From NCBI GenBank assembly GCA_043718695.1, contig JAYSVF010000238.1, positions 1 to 44,385 on the forward strand: DNA of 44,385 nucleotides, given 5' to 3'. The notes below the pieces were generated by a model. That model did not search any database, had not been told where the DNA came from, and worked only from the letters and a program-made list of their open reading frames with translations. The position numbers and the translations under genes were made by a program. Below, piece by piece: positions 20,512-29,600 of this stretch. The stretch is from Acidimicrobiia bacterium (GTDB taxonomy: Bacteria > Actinomycetota > Acidimicrobiia > Acidimicrobiales > JANYDT01). The stretch's first letter is position 1, and each line of letters opens with the position of its first letter.

Positions 20512-21975
20512 TTACAGCAAACCCAGGGTGGGGTAGAGGGGGTGGGCGCCGAGCAGATCGGCGGAGCGTTTGCGGGTGGCGTCGATCATTGCGGAGTCGA
20601 GGTTGAACTTGGCCAGGCTTGTACCGCCCGTTGAAGTGGGTGCGGCTTCGGTGGCGGTCAGCACTCCAGCAATGATGTCGGCTACTTCGTCCATTTCGGC
20701 AGTTCCCATACCTACGGTGGTGAGCGCTGGGGTGCCGAGTCGGATACCGCTGGTATACCAAGCGCCGTTGGGATCGTTAGGAATCGAGTTGCGGTTGACG
20801 ATCACGCCACTTGATTCCAGTGCCGTTTCTGCTTGACGACCAGTAAGGCCAAAGCTGCGGACATCAACCAGCACCAAATGGTTGTCGGTTCCACCGGTCA
20901 CAATGCGAGCGCCGCGCTTGGCCAGGCCCTCGGCGAGTGCAGCGGCGTTGTCAACAATTTGCTTCGCGTACGTAACAAATGATGGACGTTGTGCTTCGGC
21001 GAAGGCCACGGCTTTTGCGGCCATCATGTTGGCAATCGGTCCACCAAGAACCATGGGGCAACCCTTGTCGACAAACTCGGCCAGTTCGTTGTTGCACAGC
21101 ACCATGCCGCCACGCGGGCCGCGGAGTGACTTGTGGGTTGTGGTCGTAACGATGTGGGCGTGAGGAACCGGATCAAAGTCACCAACCATCTGCTTGCCGG
21201 CCACCAAACCAGCGAAGTGGGCCATATCGACCATAAACGTCGCCCCGATTTCGTCGGCAATTTCGCGCATCTTGGCGAAGTTCACCTTGCGCGGGTACGC
21301 CGAATAGCCAGCAATCAAAATGAGCGGCTTGAAATCATGTGCGAGCTTACGAACTGCGTCGTAATCGAGCATTTCGGTTTCGGGATTCACGCCGTAGTTT
21401 TTCTGGCTAAACAACTTGCCACTGATGTTGGGGCGAAAGCCGTGGGTGAGGTGACCGCCCGCATCAAGGGACATGCCAATCATGCGCTGATCGCCAAAGG
21501 AATGACGGAGCACTTCCCAATCGGCATCAGTCAGATCGTTGACGTGTTTGGCGGCGTGATCAACCAGGAACGGAGCTTCAACTCGCTGGGCCAGGATTGA
21601 CCAGAACGCCACCAGGTTTGCATCAATACCCGAGTGCGGCTGCACATAAGCATGATCGGCACCAAAAAGCTTCTTGGCGTGATCCATAGCCAATTGCTCG
21701 ATCTGGTCAACGTATTCGCAGCCAGCATAAAAGCGGTGGCCGACAGTTCCCTCTGCGTACTTATCACTAAGCCAGTTGCCCATGGCGAGCATCACGGCGG
21801 GGGAGGCGTAGTTTTCCGAAGCAATGAGCTTCAGTTGGCTGCGCTGGTTACCCAGTTCACCTTTAATCAGTTCCGCAATTTTGGGCTCGCTGGTCGCGAT
21901 GACATCGAGGGCGGCGGTGAACGCATCCCGCTCGCGAGATGTTGTGCCCGATGAAGCGTTCGTATCTGTAGACAT
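20512..21975 (-). CDS. glyA: Serine hydroxymethyltransferase
   Basis: [38 protein letters not shown] and SGIRLGTPA; GGAGGA RBS. Confidence 0.97.
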   Translation of the reverse strand: MSTDTNASSGTTSRERDAFTAALDVIATSEPKIAELIKGELGNQRSQLKLIASENYASPAVMLAMGNWLSDKYAEGTVGHRFYAGCEYVDQIEQLAMDHAKKLFGADHAYVQPHSGIDANLVAFWSILAQRVEAPFLVDHAAKHVNDLTDADWEVLRHSFGDQRMIGMSLDAGGHLTHGFRPNISGKLFSQKNYGVNPETEMLDYDAVRKLAHDFKPLILIAGYSAYPRKVNFAKMREIADEIGATFMVDMAHFAGLVAGKQMVGDFDPVPHAHIVTTTTHKSLRGPRGGMVLCNNELAEFVDKGCPMVLGGPIANMMAAKAVAFAEAQRPSFVTYAKQIVDNAAALAEGLAKRGARIVTGGTDNHLVLVDVRSFGLTGRQAETALESSGVIVNRNSIPNDPNGAWYTSGIRLGTPALTTVGMGTAEMDEVADIIAGVLTATEAAPTSTGGTSLAKFNLDSAMIDATRKRSADLLGAHPLYPTLGLL

Positions 21976-22002
21976 GGAAATCCTCCGTGAGTGCGAAATG
22001 AA

Positions 22003-22107
22003 GTGCCCAGGCGCTCGGCACTCAACGGTTATGTATGTTGCTACGAATCCGCTCCACGGTGTTATTCCACCTGACGGAACGAGTGTTCCAGCGCCAGTAA
22101 CGGTTTC
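22003..22107 (-). ncRNA. ZMP/ZTP (pfl) riboswitch upstream of glyA
   Basis: Minus strand reads CCGUUACUGGCG...AGGUGGAAUAACACCGUGGAGCGG...linker...GCCGAGCGCCUGGGCA, matching the ZTP aptamer and its GGCG/CGCC pseudoknot. -10 TATCCT at 22121-22116. Confidence 0.9.
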
Positions 22108-22158
22108 GCCCCGACAGGATAGCGCTTGGTACTCACTGATGGACCCCGTTGCCCTCCA

Positions 22159-23412
22159 CTACGGGGTGACCTTTGTTGCCGAGGCCAGAGCGGCACCGGC
22201 AGCAGCGGAAGCTCCCGCTGCGGCTTGTTGGCCTGCGGCCAAGGTGATTGCGAACGCAGCCATTGCGGTGTCGTCATTCTTGATTTGAGCCACCACGGCA
22301 GCACCGGCAGCGGCCATTAGGCGGGCCTTGTTGGCCTCAACGGTTTGCGCGGATTTACGCATCGAGTTGAGGTGGCCCTGTATTTCTGGGATCACGTAGC
22401 GGGCAAAGAGTTCCCACGAGCGAAACGTGTTGGGCTTGTTGGCCCAGTCGTGGGCGAAGCCAAGCAACGTGCCAAAGCCACCAGTGATATCAACGAGCTT
22501 TCGAATCGCTGCGACCATGTCGTCGGGCGTCCCAATGACTGCGCCGCCGGCCTGGCTAAGTTCGAGGAGCTTGTGCTTGTCAACCTGGTGAGTTCGGCTC
22601 GGCTGGCCAAGCACTCGAACGGTGTACTCGTTGTTCCACCTTTGCAATCCGTCGACGGCTTCGGCTTCGGCTCGCTCCCGTGTTTCGGCGAGATGCCACG
22701 AACTCATAACTCGCCACTGGGACCTGTCTGCTCCACCGCCCGAGGCTGCGTGTTGCGATGCCGCGGCCTCAGCGAATCCCCACTGGGTAGGAAGCGCAGT
22801 AAGACCTTCTGAGGTGTTCGAGGCGATCGACAACACGCCAATGCCGTACTTGCCGGCCAACTTCATTCCCGACGGGGACAAAGACGATGCGGTCACCATC
22901 GGCAGGTTCTCTTGGTACGGCAAAATTTGCAGCATGGCGTCTTTGAGCTTGAACCAATCGGTTTCGGAGCTCACGGTTTCGCCGCGCATGAGCGGAAGGA
23001 TCACGCTGAGTGCCTCGTCTTGCATGTCGCGGAGTCGGGCGTGTTCCACCATGAACATGTCGGCATCGGAGGGAAGCGCACCCGGGCCCGAACCGAACAT
23101 GGCCCGGCCCTGAGTCATATGATCGAGTTGCACGATGCGTTGTGCCACTTGAAAGGGGTGGTGATAGGGCAGGGAGGTGACACCGGTGCCGAGCATGATC
23201 CGATGGGTCCGCTCCCCGGCTGCTGCGAGAAACATTTCGGGGCTGGCGATCATTTCCCAACCCGTTGAGTGGTGCTCGCCGCACCAAAATTCGTCGAAAC
23301 CCAGTGCGTCAAGGTGAGCGGCGAAATCAAGGTCGCGTCGGAACAACAGGGCTGGGTGCTCGCCCAGTGGATGGTGAGGGGCGAGGAACGTGCCGAATCG
23401 CATGCGAGTCAT
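22159..23412 (-). CDS. LLM-class flavin-dependent monooxygenase (limonene 1,2-monooxygenase-like)
   Basis: RFGTFLAPHH, GFDEFWCGEHHS, LGTGVTSLPYHHP and GSGPGALPSD. ATG 23412 follows TAGCTT; 23418 is the alternative start. Confidence 0.9.
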   Translation of the reverse strand: MTRMRFGTFLAPHHPLGEHPALLFRRDLDFAAHLDALGFDEFWCGEHHSTGWEMIASPEMFLAAAGERTHRIMLGTGVTSLPYHHPFQVAQRIVQLDHMTQGRAMFGSGPGALPSDADMFMVEHARLRDMQDEALSVILPLMRGETVSSETDWFKLKDAMLQILPYQENLPMVTASSLSPSGMKLAGKYGIGVLSIASNTSEGLTALPTQWGFAEAAASQHAASGGGADRSQWRVMSSWHLAETRERAEAEAVDGLQRWNNEYTVRVLGQPSRTHQVDKHKLLELSQAGGAVIGTPDDMVAAIRKLVDITGGFGTLLGFAHDWANKPNTFRSWELFARYVIPEIQGHLNSMRKSAQTVEANKARLMAAAGAAVVAQIKNDDTAMAAFAITLAAGQQAAAGASAAAGAALASATKVTP

Positions 23413-23619
23413 GTCCATGAAGCTAACGGATAGGAGGCTTTTGCAGCCAAAGGGGTGAGGTCGGCTGAAACCAATGGATGGTTTGCCAGAGGTTTCCGAT
23501 TAGGAACGCCTTCGTGTCAGAGGAGACAAAGAAACCACTTTCCATTCGCCACGGGAGGTTCTAGGGTAAAGCCAGTGGACCTCATCTAAGGTCCGTAAGG
23601 CAGTCAAAGGCGGGCAGTC

Positions 23620-24240
23620 ATGCATCGGGTAGCCGAGGTGGTCACACAGTGGCCGACACTTGGATTCACCGTGTTGTTGGCATTCTTTTTGGTGTGGTGG
23701 ATTTTGTCGCTCGTGGTAAGCGGGCTCGATGGCACCGATCTCGATACCGACGGCGACGGAGTCAACGATGATCTCTTTGGTCGAGTTGGCCATTTCATTG
23801 GCATTGGGTCACTGCCCTTCTCGTTTGGGCTAACGGTTCTGGCGTTCGTGGCCTGGTCGACGAGCTTGTTGCTATCGCTTCTACCCTTTGGGGCCAAAGC
23901 AGGCGTGGGTATCGGCTTTGGGATCGGCATCGGGATCGTTCCACTGGTCATTGGGGTGCTTTGCACACGGCGGATAGCTGGTCTTTTTGCGCCAGTCTTC
24001 GATTTCCACGGTGGCCCCAAACGCGAGGATGCCAAAGGTGCAAAGGTGAAAGTTCGCACCCAACACGTTGATGAAACCTTTGGTGAAGCCGAAGTACTCA
24101 ACGGGCCGAGGATCCACTCGATCGTGAGAGTTCGAGCAAAACCCGGTCTCTACCAACGCGGTGACATTGCCATGATCGTGGACTACCGATCCGAGACCGA
24201 CTCCTTTACCCTCGTGCCGCTCGATGAATCGCTGCTTTAG
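23620..24240 (+). CDS. YqiJ/DUF1449-like membrane protein with C-terminal NfeD-like OB-fold
   Basis: Three hydrophobic segments with an acidic DGTDLDTDGDG loop and a beta-rich tail (VRT..VDETFGEAEV..VRVR..GD); lies directly upstream of a flotillin. Confidence 0.7.
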   Translation: MHRVAEVVTQWPTLGFTVLLAFFLVWWILSLVVSGLDGTDLDTDGDGVNDDLFGRVGHFIGIGSLPFSFGLTVLAFVAWSTSLLLSLLPFGAKAGVGIGFGIGIGIVPLVIGVLCTRRIAGLFAPVFDFHGGPKREDAKGAKVKVRTQHVDETFGEAEVLNGPRIHSIVRVRAKPGLYQRGDIAMIVDYRSETDSFTLVPLDESLL

Positions 24241-24435
24241 CGGTGCTTACCATCCGAACTTCCCTGGATTCCGTTGCCAAGTTTTGTAGCTTTCCGGACC
24301 CGTTTTGCCCCGACGCTACAGAGCTCAATCGGTACGCCCAGATTTGTCAGACAGTTTTGTCTCCAGTTTCTTAACGCCAGATTCATTTGCAACACCGTGA
24401 CTTGTTCAATTTCCAACTAGTGAAAGACCCTCCAA

Positions 24436-26484
24436 ATGGCAACCGTCTTCGCCGCAATTTTCGTCATCGTACTTATCTTCGCTGTGGTTGCCATTATGGG
24501 CAGCCTCATCGTTACCCGCCTGTACCGAAAGGTTCCCCAAGGTCAAGCGCTGATTGTTTCCCGAACCAAAGATATTGACGTTACCTTTACCGGTGCCCTG
24601 GTAATCCCCGTCGTGCACCGTGCCGAGTTAATGGACATCGGCGTGAAGCGCATCGAGATCGAGAAGACCGGAGCCGACGGTTTGATTTGCCGAGATAATA
24701 TGCGAGCAGATATAAAAGTGAGTTTTTACGTCCGGGTGAACAACACCAACGAGGACGTAAAGAAAGTTGCGCAGCTCGTAGGCACCTCGAATGCGTCAAG
24801 CGCCGAAAAGCTCGACGAGTTGTTTACCGCTAAGTTCGCTGAAGCGCTCAAAACAGCTGGCAAGCAAATGGATTTTGTTGAACTGTATGACAAACGTGAA
24901 GCATTTCGTACCGCAGTGATTGGCGTGATCGGTGAAGACCTGAACGGCTATGTGCTTGATGACGTTGCCATCGAAACGCTGGAACAAACGTCGGTAACGC
25001 AGCTTGATCCAATGAACGTCCTTGATGCTGAAGGCATTAAGAAAATCACGCAGATCACCACCCGCGAACGCATCATGGCCAATGATCATGCCCGTGAAGC
25101 CGAGAAGCAGATCAAGGCAAAAGACGTTGAAACCCAGCAAGCCATTTTCGAAATGGATCGCCAAGAACGTTCCGCCGAATATCGAGCACAACGTGAAATG
25201 GCCACCACCAAGGCCCGTGAAGAATCGATGACCGCCCAAGTTGAAGCCGAAGAGCGGCTCAAATCAGAACAGTCACGCTTGAAAACTGATGAGCTTGTTG
25301 GTGTGCAGCAGGAAAACCTGCAGCGTGAAATTGAAGTCGCCGCGAAAAACCGAGAACGTGTCGTTGCTGTTGAAGTAGTCAAAATCGATAAGGCCCGTCA
25401 GCTCGAAACGGTGGCCAAGGACATTGAAACGCTTTCTGCATCCAAGGAACTCGAATCCGAAAAAGCCCGTATTGGTGAGCTGGCCAAGGTTCGTATTGCC
25501 GTAGAGAAGACCGTTGCGGAACAAGAAGAATCAATCCTCACCCTTCGCCAAGTTGAAGGTGCGAACCGTGATCGTGAATCGATCATCATCAAGGCCGGCG
25601 CAGAAGCTGAAGCCAGTTTGATCCTCACCATCAAGCAAGCAGAAGCCTCGGAAACGGCATCCCAAAGCAAAGCCAAAGAGCGCCTCACGATCGCCGAGGC
25701 CAATCGGGCCGCCAGCCAAATGGAAGCCGAAGCCAAAATCAACATTGCCGATGCCACTCGCGCTGAAGCCGCTGCAGAAGGTTTGGCTGCGGTTGAAGTA
25801 CAAAAAGCGGAGGCATCAGCTATCGAGCAGGTTGGTTTGGCCAACGCTCGAGTCAAAGAAATTGATGCCGCCGCCCAGCAAAAAAAGGGTGAAGCCGAAG
25901 CGACGGTTACTCGTCTTGCTGGCGAAGCTGAGGGTGCGGCGATGGAAGCGAAGCTCAAGGGTGAAGCTGCTGGTTTGGTGGAGAAAGCTGAAGCGATGAA
26001 GCAGCTTGAAGGTGTGGGCCAGGAATATGACCTTGCGGTCAAGAATATTGATGCTGATCTGCAAACCCGTTTGGCTAGCGTCGGCGCTCAAAAAGAAATG
26101 GGTATCGCTCAAGCGGAAGCCTTGGGTGGCGCGTTGGCAAAAGCCAAGATCGACATAGTGGGAGGCACCGATATGTTCGTAGACCGAATCCTTGGGGCCG
26201 TATCGACCGGGAAGGCCATGGAAGGTTTCGCCAATTCAAGCGCAACCTCCCAAGCCATCGCCCTGCCCTATGCAAGCGGCGAAAAGGACCTTATCGAAAC
26301 GTTGGCGTCAGCGGTTTCAGGCATGGGGGCATCGGGTGTGGCGAGCTTGTCGTTAGCTCGAGTGCTCAACCTTGCAGCCGAACGTTTAGGCGGCTCGGAT
26401 GGCGAACTACTCAAGGAGCTGATTGGCTCGCTTGAAAACAAGGGACTTGACAATATTCCTGTCGGTCGTTTGCTCGGCAAGTAG
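24436..26484 (+). CDS. SPFH/flotillin family protein (YqiK-like)
   Basis: N-terminal TM; SPFH motifs YRKVPQGQALIV and GLICRDNMRADIKVSFYVRV; long Ala/Glu-rich (AEA/EAE) coiled coil. Confidence 0.9.
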   Translation: MATVFAAIFVIVLIFAVVAIMGSLIVTRLYRKVPQGQALIVSRTKDIDVTFTGALVIPVVHRAELMDIGVKRIEIEKTGADGLICRDNMRADIKVSFYVRVNNTNEDVKKVAQLVGTSNASSAEKLDELFTAKFAEALKTAGKQMDFVELYDKREAFRTAVIGVIGEDLNGYVLDDVAIETLEQTSVTQLDPMNVLDAEGIKKITQITTRERIMANDHAREAEKQIKAKDVETQQAIFEMDRQERSAEYRAQREMATTKAREESMTAQVEAEERLKSEQSRLKTDELVGVQQENLQREIEVAAKNRERVVAVEVVKIDKARQLETVAKDIETLSASKELESEKARIGELAKVRIAVEKTVAEQEESILTLRQVEGANRDRESIIIKAGAEAEASLILTIKQAEASETASQSKAKERLTIAEANRAASQMEAEAKINIADATRAEAAAEGLAAVEVQKAEASAIEQVGLANARVKEIDAAAQQKKGEAEATVTRLAGEAEGAAMEAKLKGEAAGLVEKAEAMKQLEGVGQEYDLAVKNIDADLQTRLASVGAQKEMGIAQAEALGGALAKAKIDIVGGTDMFVDRILGAVSTGKAMEGFANSSATSQAIALPYASGEKDLIETLASAVSGMGASGVASLSLARVLNLAAERLGGSDGELLKELIGSLENKGLDNIPVGRLLGK

Positions 26485-26658
26485 TTGTTGTTGGACCAGG
26501 TCGCAGAACAGCAGCGGTGGCAGTGGCAGATGTTTTGGTCGCCTACCGCAAACGAGCCTGTCTTTCCCTTCTGCACCGTCCTACGCGTTTTCTCCACCGT
26601 TGTTCTCCATGAGCCTCTATGCAGGCTCTGACATTCCTGTTTCACCAAGGTCAAGGCC

Positions 26659-29600
26659 ATGACTGATTCAACTAGTTCGTCTCCAACTCCTCAACCAACA
26701 AACGGTGGCTCCATTGGTTCACCCATCCCCGACGAAGCCCTAACCAACGTTTCTGCCGAGGTATCTCCTGAAGCTTCTGAAGCATCTTCCGAGGTTTCTG
26801 GTGAGCTAAGCGGAGGTGCAGATTCAACATATGACCTCTTGCGAGGCAGGCTTCGCTCCATTGCGCAACAGGTGTCCCAAACATCTGAATCGTTTAATGC
26901 AGAGCGTGCGGAGGTTTTTGCTTCAGCGCCCTTAACACTGGCCGAGCAGGATCGGGTGCGTACCGAAGTGGCATCAATTCCTCGTGATGCCGTATGCGTC
27001 AATGGTTTGTTGCTGTTTGGCTATAACGTGCCGCAGGGGTTGGCTACGAACCGATCCGTTGATGATGTTTTGTCGTTGTATCGCCTGCATCCACAAACCG
27101 AGACCGATTGGAACGTTGAACGGGTTCCCAACGATGACCCGGCCTACTTCTTGGCCGATCCAAGCTTTCAACGCGATTTCTTAGAGGTCTACAAGTACTA
27201 CGCAGAATCTCGCCTTCTGACCTTAACGATCGCCGGCGACGAACTGTTGATGGTCTTTGGCCTAGGCAGCGCTGAATCTGATGTGCGGGTATTGCGCTGG
27301 CGTCTTCGTGCCGATGGGACCTCCTATATCGATGCCTACGGTGAGCACGACAAGGCCACCAAAGCCCCATTTGATTTTCCCTGGATTGATACCGATCGAG
27401 GCGCAATTTCCGACGGACGTTGGCCGCACCTGGTGGTGCAAGGCGAGCTGTTCATAGGGCTCACTAAGGGCACCTTGGATTTTCGCATCGATGACGCAGT
27501 GAGTGGAAGCCGAACGGTTCTGTCGGAGCGAGTTACTGAAGTTGAACAGGAAGTAAATGAGCTAAGAGTTCGCTATGCGCGCTTAGACGAACTGATTTTG
27601 ATTGCTCTGCTGCCCTACCGTGAGACCAGTGAGCGATTTTATGTATACAACCGGTTGACCCGTGAAGCACATCGTGTGGATGCCATTGGCCGTGGGTGTC
27701 ACCAACTCCCGGAAGACCAGGGCATCGTTTTTCCTGGTGGGTTTCACCTCCAAAACGGTGAGCATCGGGTCTTCACCAGTGACACCACGGGCCTTTCGCT
27801 GCACAACTCGCTGGCCAGTCCAAACGGTGAAGATGTTCTGTACGCCTACGTTCGCCCGGAAACCGGTTCGTATCAACTGCTGTCCTACAACGTGGTCCGG
27901 CGTGAAATGGGCACACCAATTCAATGTCGCGGTTATGCGCGATTCCCTGACGGCTTGATCGTCACGGTTCGTGATGCCTCCGAAGCACAGCGGGTACATA
28001 CCATTGGCATTTATACGTCCCCCTTCTGTGATTTTGATCGCTACGTTCCCCCCGTAGCCAGTGACAGCTTCTTCGGACGAATTGGCAACGCTGAGCTTGT
28101 TCACGGGATCTCCGAATGCCTATCGGTTGGGCGTGATGGTGCTGATACGCCGTTTAACGCCGCAAGCTACGAAGCCCTCATCGGCCGTTCCTCTCGGCTC
28201 CTCGATACCTATGCGTGGCTAGGTGATCCCAACGCTCATGGGCTTTCCGGATTGCTTGTACAGCTTCGCAAAGCCGCCGGCGGCATCCTCGATGAGTTCG
28301 CTGCGGTTTCGAGCGCCAAGAAGGACGTGCTTGCTCGAACCGTGGACGTAGAACGTTCGCTTATTGACCTCAAAGCCTCGGCTGATCTTGAACAACGCGA
28401 CGTGCAAGTCTTCATTGATCTTGTCGCGGACTCTCGTGTGGTGCAGGGCCGCATTGCTGAGTTGCTAGAAACTCGCCACGTCGACATCCCCCGGGTCGAA
28501 GCGTTGCGGGTGTTGGCCGAACAAACCACTGGCGTGTTAGGAACTCGGGCCCTGAGCCTTTTGGGACAGCGTGAAGCACTTCTAGGGCTCACCCAAGCCC
28601 TCGATAAGGCGGAAACGGGTATCGCGTCGGCCGCCACTACAACGCAGCTTCAGGTAATTGCCATCAGTGTTGATGACCTTGGCAACCGTGCGGTGCTGCT
28701 AACGGAATTGGTCGGGGGTCTAGAAAGTGCAGATCCGCCGCAGAAGACGGCCATTTTGTCGAAACTTGCCGATGTACTTGCCCGCCGAAACGCCGTCATG
28801 GCCGGGTTGGACAGCCGTCGCTCGTCGCTGCTAACAGCGGAGAAGTCTGATGGGTTCGGTGCCGCGGTAGGCGTGTTGAACCAACGGGTTACCTCGGCAC
28901 TGCTTTCGGTGAAAGATGCGGCCTCATGCGATCGATCAAGTTCGCTGTTGGCTGCGGAGTTGGAGAATATCGAACTGGCCTTTGGTAATGTGAGCGAATT
29001 CGCCGCGGTGCTTGCGACGAAGCGCAACGAAATCACCGAAGCGTTCGGACGGAAACGCGAAGCCCTCGTAGCCGAGCGAAGTAACTCGATTTCTCGGCTA
29101 GTGGGTTCTTCGGAGCGGGTGCTTGAAACTGCGGTCACCCGTGCTTCCGCCCTTGGTGGTGTCGCGGAACTTGAAGGTTTCTTCGCCGCCGATCCTTTGG
29201 TGCTCCGGGTGCGTAAGGCTATTGACGAACTCAAAGCCCTGGGTGAAACGGCCCGAGCCGGCGAATTGACCGTGGCTCTTCGCGTAGCCCGTGATACCGC
29301 ACGGCGAACCCTTCGTGATCGAGTCGATCTTGTCGCCGATGGCATGGTGCGGATTGGTAAGCGCACGTTTGGAGTCAACGAGGAACCGTTCGAACTTCGC
29401 ATGGTGCAAACCGGTGTTGAAGGTGGCAACGGCTCTATGGTCGCGGCTGGTGCGGGTGTTGAATCGGGGCCCGGGTTGGCCTTAGCGCTGACGGGGACTG
29501 ATTTACGTCTTCCCATACGCGATGAGCGGCTGAGCGGCTTTGGTTCACTCGTGACCCAAGCTTCGGCCTCGGAAACCCCGTGGATTTCCCGATCCCTGTT

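Noticed and set aside
23468-23484. AAACCA-N5-TGGTTT palindrome as an operator in the LLM / yqiJ-like divergent region
   Set aside because: Single 6-bp-arm palindrome with no regulator nearby; not distinguishable from chance.
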